64,000 nucleotides of DNA from Mobula hypostoma. Lineage: Eukaryota. Under the pieces are notes generated by a model that saw only the letters and a list, made by a program, of their open reading frames with translations, did not search any database and was not told where the DNA came from. The stretch covers positions 195,302,001-195,366,000 of the forward strand of contig NC_086097.1 of assembly GCF_963921235.1 (NCBI RefSeq), given 5' to 3'. Position numbers and translations under genes: made by a program. Shown here piece by piece: positions 1 through 12,959 of this stretch. The first letter of the stretch is position 1. Each line of letters begins with the position of its first letter.

Positions 1-310
1 AGGACAAGAGGGCACAGCCTCAGATTAGAGGGTGCCCTTTCAAAACAGAGGTGTGGAGAAATTTCTTTAGCCAAAGGGTGGTGAATTTGTGGAATTTGTT
101 GCCACATGCAGCTCTGAACACAGGTCATTGGGTGTATTTAAGACAGAGATTGCTAGATTCTTGATTGGACATGGCATCAAAGGTTCTGGGGAGAAGGCCA
201 GGAACTGGGATTGAGGAGATGTAATTAAAAGGATCAGCCATGATTGAACGGTAGAGCAAACTCAATGGGCCAGATTGCCTAATTCTGCTCCTATGTCTTA
301 TGGTCTTATG
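1..310 (+). mobile_element. CR1 LINE 3' end (ORF2 C-terminus, 3' UTR, microsatellite tail)
   Basis: Encodes RTRGHSLRLEGCPFKTEVWRNFFSQRVVNLWN; ends ctgctcctatgtcttatggtcttatgg. Confidence 0.9.
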
Positions 311-500
311 GACTGTTTGGGGCCCCAAATGGTAGTGAGGGAGGAGGTGTAGGGGCAGATGTAGCACTTGTTCCAATTGCAAGGATAAGTGCCAGGAAGT
401 AGATCAGTGGGGTGGGACAAATGGACAAGGAAGTTGAGTAAGGAGTGATCCCTGCGGAAAGCAGCAAGTGGGGGGTTGGGGAGTGTGTGGAAGATCCATC
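311..500 (-). mobile_element. Penelope-like element ORF fragment (Cys-rich linker before GIY-YIG domain)
   Basis: AFRRDHSL...PGTYPCNWNKCYICPYTSSLTTIWGPKQS resembles the PLE RT-endonuclease linker. Confidence 0.75.
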
Positions 501-1139
501 GCATACTAACACAAAATAAAATTAGCACAAGCCCATGAGTGGAAAGGCGTAAAAATAGACTGGTTAACATAAAGTATGAGGTATATGTTTATATAAGACA
601 GTATAATGCTACTGCTACAATTATAATAAAATTAACACTAGTATAAATATGTGAAACAGTAGCAATAAAATATGAAATGTGACCACTGCAGGGTGAGAGC
701 TGGGGTCTGGGATGGAGAGGGGTGGGGGGGTGAGGGGCGGGGCCTTCAGACGGGGTGTACATATGTGACTGTAAGTAGGTTTTTCATTGCACCTGTGCAT
801 ATGGCAATGAACTCAACCTCAAACTCCGGTCCCCCCTCTGTTCTTGTTGCTTATACTACTGCTATTGATTCAATTCTTTTTTCACTCCGCTAAGTCTGCT
901 TCTCTCAGAGACAACTCGCTGTCTATAACCTTGACTCTGAGCATGTGTGCTCTATTTTGAACATATGGAATGAGATGCCAGTCAGTGTAAGTCATGGAGG
1001 CAGGTACAACAGTGTCATTTAAGAAGCACTTGGATAGACACATAAAGGGATTTGGACTGAAGGCAGACTGGCTGAGTGGGGGCTATGGTCAGCATGAACT
1101 GGCTGGGTAGGTGCCATGGTCAGCATGAACTGGCTGGGC

Positions 1140-2660
1140 TCCTGGACCTGACGGAATGCACCCTCGGGTGTTGAAGGAAGTAGCTCGAGATATTGTGGAT
1201 CAATAGATTCTGGCTTTGTACTGGATGACTGGAAAATTGCAAATATTACTCCGCTATTTAAGAAGGGTGGGAGGCAGCAGAAAGGAAACTATAGATTTAT
1301 GGGAAATTGTTGGAATCGATTGTTAGGGTTGGAATTACGGAGTACCTGGAGGCACATGACAAGATAGGCCAAAGCCAGCATGGTTTCTTGAAAGGAAAAT
1401 CCTGCCTGCCAAACCTACTGCAATTCTTTGAGGAAATTACAAGCAGGGTAAACAAAGGAGATGCAGTAGACCTGGTGTACTTGGATTTTCAGAAGGCCTT
1501 TGACAAGGTGCCACACATGAGGCTACTTAGCCAGATAAGAGCCCATGGAATTACAGGGAAGTTACTAGCATGGATGGAGCATTGATTGGCAGAACACAGA
1601 GAGTGGGAATAAAGGGATCCTATTCTGACTGGCTGCTGGTTACCAGTGGAGTTCCACAGGGGTCAGTGTTGGGATGACTGCTTTTTACGATGTATGTCAG
1701 TGATTTGGACGATGGGATTAATGGGTTTGTGGCTAAATTTGCCAATGATACAAAAATATTTGGAGGAATGGGTAGTGTTGAGTAAACAGAGAGCCTGCAG
1801 GGAAACTTAGATAGTTTAGGGGAATCGGCAAAGAAGTGGCACAAGGAAATACAATTTTGGAAAGTGTATGGTTATGCACTTTGGTGGAAGAACTAAATGG
1901 GCAGACTATTATTTAGATGGGGAGAGAATTCAAAATGCAGAGATGCAAAGGGACTTGGGAGTCCTTGTGCAAGATACCCTAAAGGTTAACCTCCAGGTTG
2001 AGTCAGTTGTGAAGAAGGCGAATGCAATGTTGGTATTCATTTCTAGAGGTATAAAATATAAGAGCAGGGATGTGATGTTGAGGCTCTATAAGGCACTCGT
2101 GAGACCATACTTGGAGTATTGTGTGTAGTTTTGGGCTCCTTATTTTAGAAAGGATATACTGACTTTGGAGATGGTTCAGAGAAGATTCACGAGAATGATT
2201 CCAGGAATGAAAGGGTTACCATATGAGGAATGTCTAGTAGCTGTATTCCCTGGAGTTCAGGAGAATGAGGAGGGGATCTCATAGAAACATTCCGAATGTT
2301 AAAAGGCCTGAACAAATTAGATATGGCAAAGTTATTTCCTATGGTAGGGGATTCTAGGAGAAAAGAGCATGACTTGAGGATTGAAGGACATCCTTTTAGA
2401 ATAGAGGTGTGGAGAAATTACTGTAGTCAGAGGGTGGTAAATCTGTGAAATTTGTTGCCATGAGCGGCTGTGAAGGCCAAGTCATTGGGTGTATTTACGG
2501 CAGAGATAGATAGGTTCTTGATTAGCCAGGGCAAGGGTATGGGGTGAAAGCAGAGGAGTGGGGATGACTGGAAGAATTGGATCAGCCCATGATTGAATGG
2601 CCGAGCAAACTCGATGGGCCAGATGGCCTACTTCTGCTCCTATATCATATAGTCTTATAT
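1140..2660 (+). mobile_element. CR1 LINE, 5'-truncated, degraded ORF2 (RT)
   Basis: SQHGFLKGKSC, YLDFQKAFDKVPH, GVPQGSV, KFANDTK, LVRPYLEYC motifs with stops/frameshifts; tail ctcctatatcatatagtcttat. Confidence 0.93.
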
Positions 2661-4549
2661 GTACTGAATTGTTCTTTGACTCTATGAGCAAAGCTGTCAC
2701 CACTTTCTTATCAGGAATGCAAAGGTATATAACTTTTAATACTTTTAAAGAAAGCTTCTGGGCCAAAGACAACAGCAGAGACTTGGAATATGCCACTCCA
2801 ACTTTTCCTTTGTTTGTTGGCCAGTTGATCTCCCAAGGTGGCATTTTTCCTCAAAGTGTAGGGATTAGCATTAATTCCAAATAGATTTAGGGGACTGCAA
2901 ATACTTATGTTTGATGTGTAGATTTTTCAGGACCCCAGGCTGTATCTGCACCCTGCACCAAATGTTCTCCAATCAGAATATTGGAAAGCTGCAAGTGGAG
3001 AAAAGGGGGTCCAGGTAGTTGAGTGTTACCAGCTGTCTAGAACAGGAAGGTTACCAAAAAGAAAATAACTTTTGAGAGGAGGAATTAGAAGAAACTTACA
3101 GGAGGGAAGAAAATAAAATTTGAAGCTAAGGTGACAATGAATTTCTTGCATTATGCCCCATGGAGAGTGGTTCCCCCTCTTGTCAGAGATTGTCCTTGTC
3201 CATGCAAAAAGCTGTCAACCCATGTTCTCCCAATAGGAAAGCTTTGGCAGATTTCCCATTTATGCACATATTAAAAAAACAATTAACATCTCACAAGAAT
3301 GTAATGGTAAGGTTACAAAATGTATACTTGAGTGAAAAATTAACTTCTTAGATATTAAAGAAATTAAAAGCACTTTGATTTTAAAGACAAGAATCTCATT
3401 AAGAAGTACAGTGGTGTGAACAGTTCAAGAAACCTATCTCTGATTTTCTAAATATGTTGAAATTATTTTGATATATCCACTGTTTTGTAATACTACTTTA
3501 CCTCCTCTCGTATTGTTCACATTAATCCAAAGGCTATTCTGTCCAATACAGACTGGAAAAGTATTTGATATATTACAAAACAAATGGCTCTTTTTAAAGT
3601 GTGAGTATGTCTAAAATGTTCTGGCAGTAGAAATAGAATGAGCAGTACAGACCATAAAGAGATTTCAATCGAAAATATACTGTAACTGCTAATTATAACA
3701 GGATATTTACTGCACAGTTCAGATCAGCCTGTAGTTGAAACTAAAAAAAGATGAATGCTGAAAATCTGAAATGAAAACAACATTGGCTAGATTCACTAGG
3801 CATCATCTGTTGAGACTTTAGGTCAAAGACTGTTTATCAGAGAGTGGTTGTGCCCAGTGCTTTCTAGTTTTATATTTTTTGGGATGGTCGCTTGTTTCTG
3901 AATCCCTGCTTTGCAAGATGAACCTTTGCACAGAGACTTACACTCATGAGCAACTGTATCAACTGATACTCAATTCATATTTTAGCACCATTTCTTTTGA
4001 ATTTATGAGTGGCCCACACATGGTACAGGCAAAACCCAAATCCAGGCTTCACAAGTGATATGAGACCTGTTTCAAAGCAACTTAGAGAGGATTAGCCTGA
4101 ACTGGTCCAGCATATCAGTCCTCCACACATAGGCACCCTTTGTCGCCACTCTACTTTTCTCCGACTCAGGAACGTCCTTCTATGGCAGTCGGTATGACAG
4201 GTTTTTCCACCCTTACTTTCCTCAAGACAGCAAGCTTCTTCTGTAATCTAGATATGCTTATGACCTCACCACTGATTCACTTCAGTTCTATAGACTCTGT
4301 CTCCATCCCCTAAAAGATCTTCCATTGTTGAGGGTGTTCAGGTATCTTCAATTCAATTTTTAGCCATTTGCCACAGTTCTGTTCAAGCCAAATACAATTT
4401 AAAAAAAAAATTTTAACAGGATGTGGTCAGTTTTAGTTCCAATTCCCTGTGATTTTGAATGTCTTACTAGGCCACATCCACGAGCAGTTAAAAGTCAATT
4501 ATCTTGCTCTGGATGCAGTCACATGTAAGAAAATAAACACAAGAAATTC

Positions 4550-5050
4550 TGGCAATAATAAACACAAGAAAGTCTGAAGCTACTAGAAATCCAAAGGTAC
4601 ACCCATTAAGTGTTGGAGGAATTCAGCAAGTCAGGCAGAATCTATGCAGCAGAATGAACCGTCGACATTTTGGACCAAGGCCATTCATCAAGTCTGGAAA
4701 GAAAGGGGCAGAAGTCAGAATAAGGAGGTGGGGGAGTAGAAAGAGTATAAGATGACGGGTGAAAGCTGAAATCAAGTGAGAGCAAAGTAGGAATGGTGGA
4801 GTAAGAAGCTGGGAGGTGATTGATGGAAGAGGTAAGGGGCAGAAGAAGGAGAGAAAAGTGACCATGGAAGAAAGGGGAGAGGGAGGTGATGGGCAGATGA
4901 TATGAAAAGAGCTATGAGGGGAACTAAAATAGGGAACAGAAAATAAAGTAGGAGGAGGGAGAAGAAATTAACAGAATTTGGGAATATAAGATCTTTATTA
5001 GAGCAATAGATTTTTATATTAGCTTGGAGCTGGGAATAACAGGGAGCATG
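4550..5050 (-). mobile_element. Degraded Penelope-like 3' terminal region
   Basis: Purine-rich + strand; aacacaagaaagtctg... terminus resembles 42128 and 56130-56162; decayed hammerhead-like ttgatga...caaaatgtcgac on - strand near 4660-4695. Confidence 0.6.
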
Positions 5051-5200
5051 GGCATTTGGGATATTGTGGATCACAGAGGATGCAGGGTAGGAACCTCAAA
5101 AGGGATTTGAGGGGGTGTGGATAGGTACAGGGAATGGAGTGACCAGTAATACTAGGTAAGTAAGTACTTAAAATTAAGATACTTACTGATAAAGTAATTA

Positions 5201-8200
5201 CACAGAATAACAAAGATTTTTGCTTCCTGGATACTGTGGGTATATATTATGGAATTTGGGCTGCTGATCAAGACAATGGCCATGAAATTTCCCTATCATA
5301 CACCACTGTTTTGTAATCATCTATATTTATTATTTCAATTTATAATTGAAGTCAATTAAAATGTTGTCTACAATGTAAGCTGAAAAGCTTTCTATCTTGT
5401 CCAGGCATGCCTGCGAATGCTTAGGAAGGGCAGATTCTGCATGGCAGGCCAAGTTTTAGAAAGGCTACAAAAGCCTCACGCACCATGTGCATAGCATATT
5501 GTGCATTATGCGCACAGGATATTGTGTGTACTCATTATAATAAAGTATTTGTGTTTTCAGGAGTATTTATGATAGCAAAATGTCTCACCAATGTTGCAAC
5601 AACGGCAATACTTTTTGTTATATTAGTGGCGAATATATGCTTAAATCTCAAATACGGAGCCTGACTCCTTTTATCAAGGAAAACTACAAGCTCTATTTTG
5701 GGTGTAAAATTAGCGACCAAGACAAAGTCTGGATTGTGCAACATACGCTGTTGATCTTAGAGCCTGGCTGAGGGATACTCGAAAGAATGCTGTTCGCTGT
5801 CCTGATGATATGGTGAGAGAAGGATCATGTGACAGACTGTTACTTCTGTCTGACCAATGTGCCTGGTTTCTCTGCTAAAAATAAGAAATCTATTGAATAC
5901 CCTGATCTCCCTTCAGCCATGAGACCTGTGCTGCATGACGATAGTCCTTCAGTACCAAAGCCACCAGAAACATAGAGTCTAAAGGAGCCATGGTGCAGGA
6001 GCCAGGAATGGAAAACAACACTGATACTGATACAGATTTTGAACCCTTTATGTCGAGTGAGCCTCATCTGATAACTTAATCTGAGTTAAATGACGTGGTC
6101 TGAGACTTGGGTTTGTCAAAGAGCAAAAGCAGAATTATTGAGTTCAAGACTGCAAGGTTAGAATCTGCGTCACCAGGCATGAATATTTGGATGAAGGATT
6201 TCGATATTTGCCAGGATTAAGGAAGGCATCGTTGTTGGTCCACAAATGAAACAGGTCATCAATTGCAGGCAATTTGAAGAACTTCTAGTGTAACCAGAGA
6301 AAATTATCTGGAAAGGTTTCAAGGATATTGTTGAAATTTTTTTGGCAACTAGAGAGCATCAAACAATGTGCAGCTGGTTGACAACATGCTTCAAGCATAC
6401 AAAACCATGAAGTGCAGCATGTTACTAAAGATTCATTTTTTGCATTCCCATTTAGACTTCCTTCCTGCAAACCTTGATGCTGTCAGTGACGAGCATGGTG
6501 AAAGGTTTCACCAGGACATTGCGGTCATGGAGAAACAGTACCAGAGCAACTGGAATCCATAAATGCTGGCTGATTATTATCAGATTCTTAAGTGATAGGC
6601 CTCAGACACAGAGTACAAACAAATATATTCAACGAAACATTTTTAGCTTAGTTGAACAATTGCAAAGCATCAGTACCATTATGTAATTAAATGCACTATA
6701 TTCAATAAATGTTAGTTTCTTGTTTCTCCAAATTCTTACAAGTAGTCTAAAATTATATTTATGTTCCAATTCACATGGTATATTATAACCATAAAATAAT
6801 TTACTTTACTTTACTTTATTATCGCCAAACAATTGATACTAGAGTGTACAATCATCACAGCGATATTTGATTCTGCGCATCGCGCTCCCCGGAGTACAAA
6901 TCTATAGTAAATATTTAAAATTTAAATTATAAATCATAAGTAGAAAATAGAAAAGGGAAAGTAAGGTTGTGCAAAAAAACCGAGAGGCAGGACCGGATAT
7001 TTGGAGGGTACTGCCCAGATCCGAGTCAGGATCTGATCAGCAGTCCTATCACAGTTGGAGAGAAGCTGTTCCCAAATCTGGCCATACGAGTCTTCAAGCT
7101 CCTGAGGGAAGCTCCTGGAGGGAAGAGGGATGAAAAGTGTGTTGGCTAGGTGGGTCGTGTCCTTGATTATCCTGGCAGCACTGCTATGACAGCGTGCGGT
7201 GTGAAGTGAGTCCAGGGGCAGAAGATTGGTTTGTGTGATCTGCTGGGCTGTGTTCACGATCTTCTGCAGCTTCTTCCGGTCTTGGACAGGACAACTTCCA
7301 TACCAGGTTGTGATGCACCCTAGAAGAATGCTTTCTACGGTGCATCTATAAAAATTAGTGAGGGTTTTAGGGGACAGGTCAAATTTCTTTAGTTTTCTCA
7401 GGAAGTAAAGGAACTGATGGGCCTTCTTGGCAGTGGACTCTGCTTGGTTGGAACAAGTCAGGTCATTTGTGATATTGACCCCGAGGAACTTAAAGCTTTT
7501 GACCTGTTCCACTTGCGCACCACCGATGTAAATGGGGTCGTGCGATCCGCTACTCCTTCTGAAGTCAACAATCAATTCCTTTGTCTTGCTGACGTTGAGG
7601 GATAAGTTATTGTCTTCTCACCATGCCATCAGGTTCTTAATTTCCTCTCTATACTCAAACTCATCATTACCCGAGATACAGCCTACAATTGTGGTGTCAT
7701 CAGCAAACTTATATATTGAGTTCAGTGGAAACTTGGCTACACAATCATGGCTGTACAGTGAGTACAGCAGGGGGCTGAGTACACAGTCTTGTGGGGTACC
7801 GGTGCTCAGAGTGATTGTAGAGGAGAGCTTGTCCCTTATTTTTATAGCCTGGGTCCTGTCTGTGAAGAAGTTGAAGATCCAGTTTCAGATCTGAGTGCTA
7901 AGGCCCAGGTTCTGGAGCTTAGGAATCAGTTTATTTGGAATGATGGTATTAAAGGCAGAGCTGTAGTCAATGAAAAGGAGCCTTACATATGTGTCTTTGT
8001 TCTCCAGGTGTTCTAAGGAGGAATGTAGGGCCAGAGAGATGGCATCTGCCATTGACCTGTTGCTCTGGTAAACGAATTGCAAAGCATTGAGGTTGACTGC
8101 TAGGCTGTGGTTGATGTGTGGCACAACCAATCACTCGAAGCACTTCATAACAATTGATGTCAGAGCCACAAGTCGATAGTCATTCAGGCATGCCACCTTG

Positions 8201-8429
8201 CTCTTCTTCAGCACCAGGATTATCGTTGCCTTCTTAAAACACGAGGGGATCTTAGACTGAAGCATGGAGCAGTTGAAAATGTCAGCAAACACTCCAGCTA
8301 GCTCTCTTGCAAAGGTCTGGAGAACCCATCCCGGGACGCCATCTGGGCCCATCGCCTTCCTTGAATTTATCTTCAGGAAGGCCTGAATTCTGAGGGAGCA
8401 ACATTTCTGAAAAAAAGTGTTGTCCAGTG
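5201..8429 (+). mobile_element. Chapaev3 (CMC superfamily) DNA transposon with decayed transposase (~5580-6650), interrupted by a Rex1 LINE
   Basis: N-terminal FCYISGEY...LYFGCKISDQDK, DHVTDCYFC; C-terminal KIHFLHSHLDF..NLDAVSDEHGERFHQDI..ME..YQ; ends cacagaataac (5201) and gttgtccagtg (8419-8429). Confidence 0.82.
6801..8388 (-). mobile_element. Rex1/Babar LINE, 5'-truncated
   Basis: [65 protein letters not shown]; (GTAAA)n tail at 6801-6820. Confidence 0.92.
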
Positions 8430-8779
8430 TCCAGTCCAATGCTGTCTAATGGATTATTATTTCATCACCATCCATAATTTTCTAATTTTCCCTGCATTTC
8501 TCCAAAAAGAGCACTGCACAGGGAGTAATGTCATTTCTCTTGGGAAAGAAGCAGAAGTCTTAGTCGCAAATGGTTAATTGATATCTGGAAAAGAGTGGTT
8601 GGATTTTCCTTTTGGAAATTTAGTAAACGGTGGATGATGGTGAAAGCGAGAAGCCTTCAATATGGATTTGGGTATATACTTCAAAATTTAAAACATTGCA
8701 GGGCTATTGGGCAAGGAGTGGTGGAGTGGAAGAGACCAGCTCAATAGGGCATAGAGGAGTAGGGTAGAACAAGGAATCA

Positions 8780-9458
8780 TAAAGAAAGCTTTTGGTGCAT
8801 TGGCCTTCATAATTTAATGTATTGAGTTCAGGAGATGGGATGGTATGTTGACATTGTATAAGACATTGTTGAGGCCTAATTCGGAGTATTATCTGCAGCT
8901 TTGGTCACCTACCTACAGGAAAGATGTAAGTAAGGTTGAAAGAGTATAGAGAAAATTTACACGGTTGTTGCTGGGATGGGAGGACCTGAGTTATAAGGAA
9001 AGTTTGAAAAGGTTAGGATTTTATTCCTTGGAACTTAGAAGACTGGGGGGAGATTTGATAGAGGTATACAAAATGATGAGGGGTATAGATAGAGTAAATG
9101 CAAGCATGCTTTTTCCACTAAAGTTGAATGGAACTACAACTACAAGTTAATGGGACTACAACTGGAGATTATGTTTTAAAGGTGAAAAGTTTAAGGGGAA
9201 TATGAGGGGAAACTTTTTCAGTCAGAGGGTGATGAGAGTGTGCAATGAGCTGCCTGCACAAGTGGTGCATGCAAGCTCCATTTCAACATTTAAGAGTAGT
9301 TTGGATAGGTATATGGATAGTAGGGGTATGGAGAGCTATGGTTTGAATGCAGGGGGTAGGTAGCTTAAATGGTTTGACACGGACTAGATTTCGTCATGGA
9401 CTAAATGGGCCGAGGAGCCTGTTCCTGTGTTATACTTATCTATGACTCTGTGACTCTA
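8780..9458 (+). mobile_element. CR1 LINE 3' fragment
   Basis: LGFYSLELRRLGGDLIEVYKMMRGIDRV; tail tatgactctgtgactct. Confidence 0.88.
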
Positions 9459-10081
9459 GCATACTTACAATCAATGCCTGTCTACTCATTGACTGTTTAG
9501 TAACATTGTTTTGGAGTCGCATCAAATAGACTATGTCCTCCTATATGCCTTTGGCAGAGGAGGCCAGGCTGGGTTGCATTTCATGGTAATTTTGTACTGA
9601 AAATTAAACAAAATTGTAGTCACTGAAGATAAAAACAGAGTCAGAACCCTGAAACATTAACTTTGTTTCTATTTTCTGTCTAACCTGCTGAGTGATTCCA
9701 GTATTTTCTGTTTTGAAACCTCTCTTTATTTATGCATTTATCACAGGAAGTGGACGTCACTGGAAATGCCAGCACTTGTTGCTTAGACTTAGTTGTCCCT
9801 AAACTACAGTGGTGGCTCCACAGTTACATACAGGAGAGAACTCAGAAAGAAGAGCAAAATGTTTTTCACCGAGTAAACTGATAAACCAAAGAGATGTTTA
9901 AATTGATCCCATGATTGTTGGTAGTCTGTAAGACATAGGAGTAGAATGAAGCCATTTGGCCCATCAGGAATGTTCCACAACCTACTTGTTTGACATATAC
10001 CACTTTGTTTTACACACACTTATTCCAGATATGATTTCTTGAATTCAAATTCCCTGGTTACAATGGATTTTGAATTTGCAT

Positions 10082-10378
10082 CATAGATTTACAGAGTGAT
10101 AGGTCACAACAGGACAGAAACAGGCCCTATCACCCTGCAACTGTGCTTCATGCCCCTCCCATCCATGTACTTATCCAAACTTCCCTTAAATGTTGCAATC
10201 CAACCTGCATCCAATGCTTTCGCTGGATGTCATTCCACACTCCCACTACCCTCTGAGTGAAGTCCCCCCTCAGATTCCTCTTAAGTATTTCACCTTTCAC
10301 CCTTAAACTATGATTTCCACTTCTAGTCTCACCTAACCTCACTGGAAAAAGCATTTGAATTTACCCCATCTATACAGC
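10082..10378 (-). mobile_element. CR1 LINE 3' end
   Basis: HSLRVKG...FTQRVVGVWN on - strand plus CR1-type 3' UTR. Confidence 0.82.
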
Positions 10379-10870
10379 TCAAAATGATTGCTAGCAGTTT
10401 CTATATATATGCCTGGATTAGAATAGACTTCATCTGAATGTGTTTGGCAGCAAATACCCCTGCAGGTCTTAATCATCAAAAGGTACAGATACTGGGAGAT
10501 CAACAGGCTTTGTGTGGGCCACAGAACCTCACTTAACCCTTTGACAATGTTTTAGTAGGAACTGATGTGTTCCTCAGTATGTCTCAGTAAATATACCATG
10601 AAGCATAGTTTTATCAAGTTGATGGGGATGAACCAAAAAGCACCAGTGCAGCTCTTCCTTCACTCTTCCTGCAAAGGGGCGTTTCAACAGGACAATGGTA
10701 AACAAAGCTTCCTATTGCATCCTTCAGGGAAGATTCTGACAGTGTGGATGTTCCTAGTGTCCTAGAGTCCCTTCTTTACCATCATCCAGGCTACTGTTCT
10801 GTTAATAGGACATGTCACCAAAAAATGTTAGGTGTCTAGATTGGGAGATGTTTCATTGAGTCCATCATTT

Positions 10871-11445
10871 CTTTTTTGTAATTTATTTTTTATTGAATTT
10901 CATCATCAAACAAACATTTCCATAAGATGTATTTCAGATACTGTACATATATATCATACAATCATATTTGTCACAAATCTCCACATAATATTTATCTGAG
11001 GTATACACTTATAGAAAGGACAGGAAAGAAAGAACAATCGAAAGAAGAAAACTATGTACAGAGTAGGGAGTGATCGTTTTTTTACAACATATTCATTGAC
11101 TTGTGAGAATAAAATCAGGCCTATGAGGTGTTATGTAGTTAAACCATTTTTTCCAGTATGAATAAAATTGTTTCAACTTAAGATTAACAGATGCTGCTAT
11201 CTTCTCCATTTTGTAAATGTCCATTGTAATTTCCACCCATACATTTAAATTGGGCTCTCCGATGATAACCATTTCCTGGTAAGGGTCTTTTTACCAGCAC
11301 CAGCAGTACATTCATTAAATATTTATCTTTTTTCAACCACTCTTGAGGTATATACCCAAAATATATGGTCTTACTCTCTAAGGGTATTTCACATTTAAAG
11401 ATGTCTTGTAGGGTATTATGTATCCCACTTCAAAAGACTTTGAGC
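10871..11445 (-). mobile_element. L1-clade LINE 3' end
   Basis: - strand reads approximately IHNTLQDIFKCEIPLESKTIYFGYIPQEWLK...KKTLTRKW...YKMEKI..WKKWFNYI (with frameshifts); A-rich tail at 10871-10895. Confidence 0.75.
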
Positions 11446-11709
11446 CCATCATTTCTCCTCCCTTCTGGGCACCAGAACCATTCCAGAATGATCATTATGC
11501 CATTTGTTTTAAACTCGAGTATGGCATAAGAAAATGTTTCATCTTTGCTCTTTAGCAGACATTTCTCCTTCACTCTGCAGTTAGAGCTCCTTATGAAATG
11601 CTGGCTATGTTTAGGTCACAATCCAGCCTTCTAATCAATGGACAATATGTGTAGCACTGACTGACTGGCAGCTGGCACATAATGGGAAAAGTAAAAGTAT
11701 GGTGGAGTA

Positions 11710-12959
11710 CAGGGGTCCCCAAACTTTTTTGCACCGTGGACCGGTTTTATATTGACAATATTCTTGCGGACTGGCCGACCCGGGGAGTGGGGGGTGGGGA
11801 GGGGGGTAGTGTTGCCAACATTCTCACTGTGTTTATCCTGAGAAAGACTACCATGACCATGAAGCCTTGCGCAGGCACTTTTGTGCACATGCGTGACGTG
11901 CGCATAAATGTACGTGCCGATTTTTTTCTACAAATTTTTTTTGGCGATTCTGCTCAGTGAAACTACACTGTACGTACATTATTTCTACTTTATATAGGCT
12001 GTGTACTTATCATATCATTCCTGCTTTTACTATATGTTAGTGTTATTTTAGGTTTTATGTGTTATTTGGTATGATTTGGTAGGTTATTTTTTGGGTCTGG
12101 GAACGCTCAAAAATGTTTCCCATATAAATTAATGGTAATTGCTTCTTCGCTTTACGCCATTTCGGCACGAAAGGTTTCATAGGAACGCTCTACCTTAGCG
12201 GGAGAAATATGGGACAAGGGCGGTCCCGTATGGGACAAACCAATTTAGCCCAATATACGGGATGTCCCGGCTAATACGGGACAGTTGGCAACCCTGGGGG
12301 GGTGTGTTAATCACGACCAGAGTATAGGTGATAAATCAACTATAAGTCACTTATAAGTGGCAAATACGCTCAATTTCGTTTCTAGAAGGGTTTATCTGAC
12401 AAATTTATTATTAAACACACAGCGCATACTTTCCTCATATGAACATATGAAATCATTGCAACACACCAATATCACCGAATCAGTGGGAGCCCTGGGCGTG
12501 TCTTCGTGCAACAAGACGGTCCCATCGAGGGGTGATGAGAGACAGCAATACTCAAAGGGGGTTCCTTATTTCCAGTCTATTCCACAATTTCGTTTTCGTT
12601 GGATTCATTGCAGAAAACCCCGCTTCGCAGAGATATGTTGGAAATGGAAGCAATATTTTCAGTGCTTTCATGGCTATCTCAGGATATTTAGCCTTGACTT
12701 TGATCCAGAATGCTGGCAGAGATGTTATGGCAAACATACTTTTCAGCCCACCGTCATTTGCAAGCTCGAGGAGTTGATCTTCTTCCCGTGCTGACATGGA
12801 TGACGCGTGCTTACTGACCTCGCGTGTGTTCAAGTTCAACAGTGGGCGTGATAGGGAATGAGGAAAGGTGCCGCTGACTCATATCGCTTCACACCGCCAA
12901 ATCATAGCGTTTCCTTGCGGCCCGGTACCGGTCTGCAGCCCAGTGGTTAGGGACCACTG
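11710..12959 (-). mobile_element. hAT (Charlie/Buster-like) internally deleted element retaining the C-terminal dimerisation region
   Basis: TIRs caggggtccccaaac / ggttagggaccactg; ORF 12552-12839 LPAFWIKVKAKYPEIA..ALKILLPFPTYLCEAGFS..KTK..NRL. Confidence 0.85.
11808..12295. mobile_element. Non-autonomous hAT (Blackjack-like termini) nested in the hAT above
   Basis: TIRs agtgttgccaac / gttggcaaccct, subterminal gtcccg/cgggac repeats, 8-bp flanks aggggggt / gggggggt. Confidence 0.7.

Noticed and set aside
1085..1138. Direct duplication of atggtcagcatgaactggctggg
   Set aside because: A local tandem duplication in a CR1 3' UTR; two units only, not an array.
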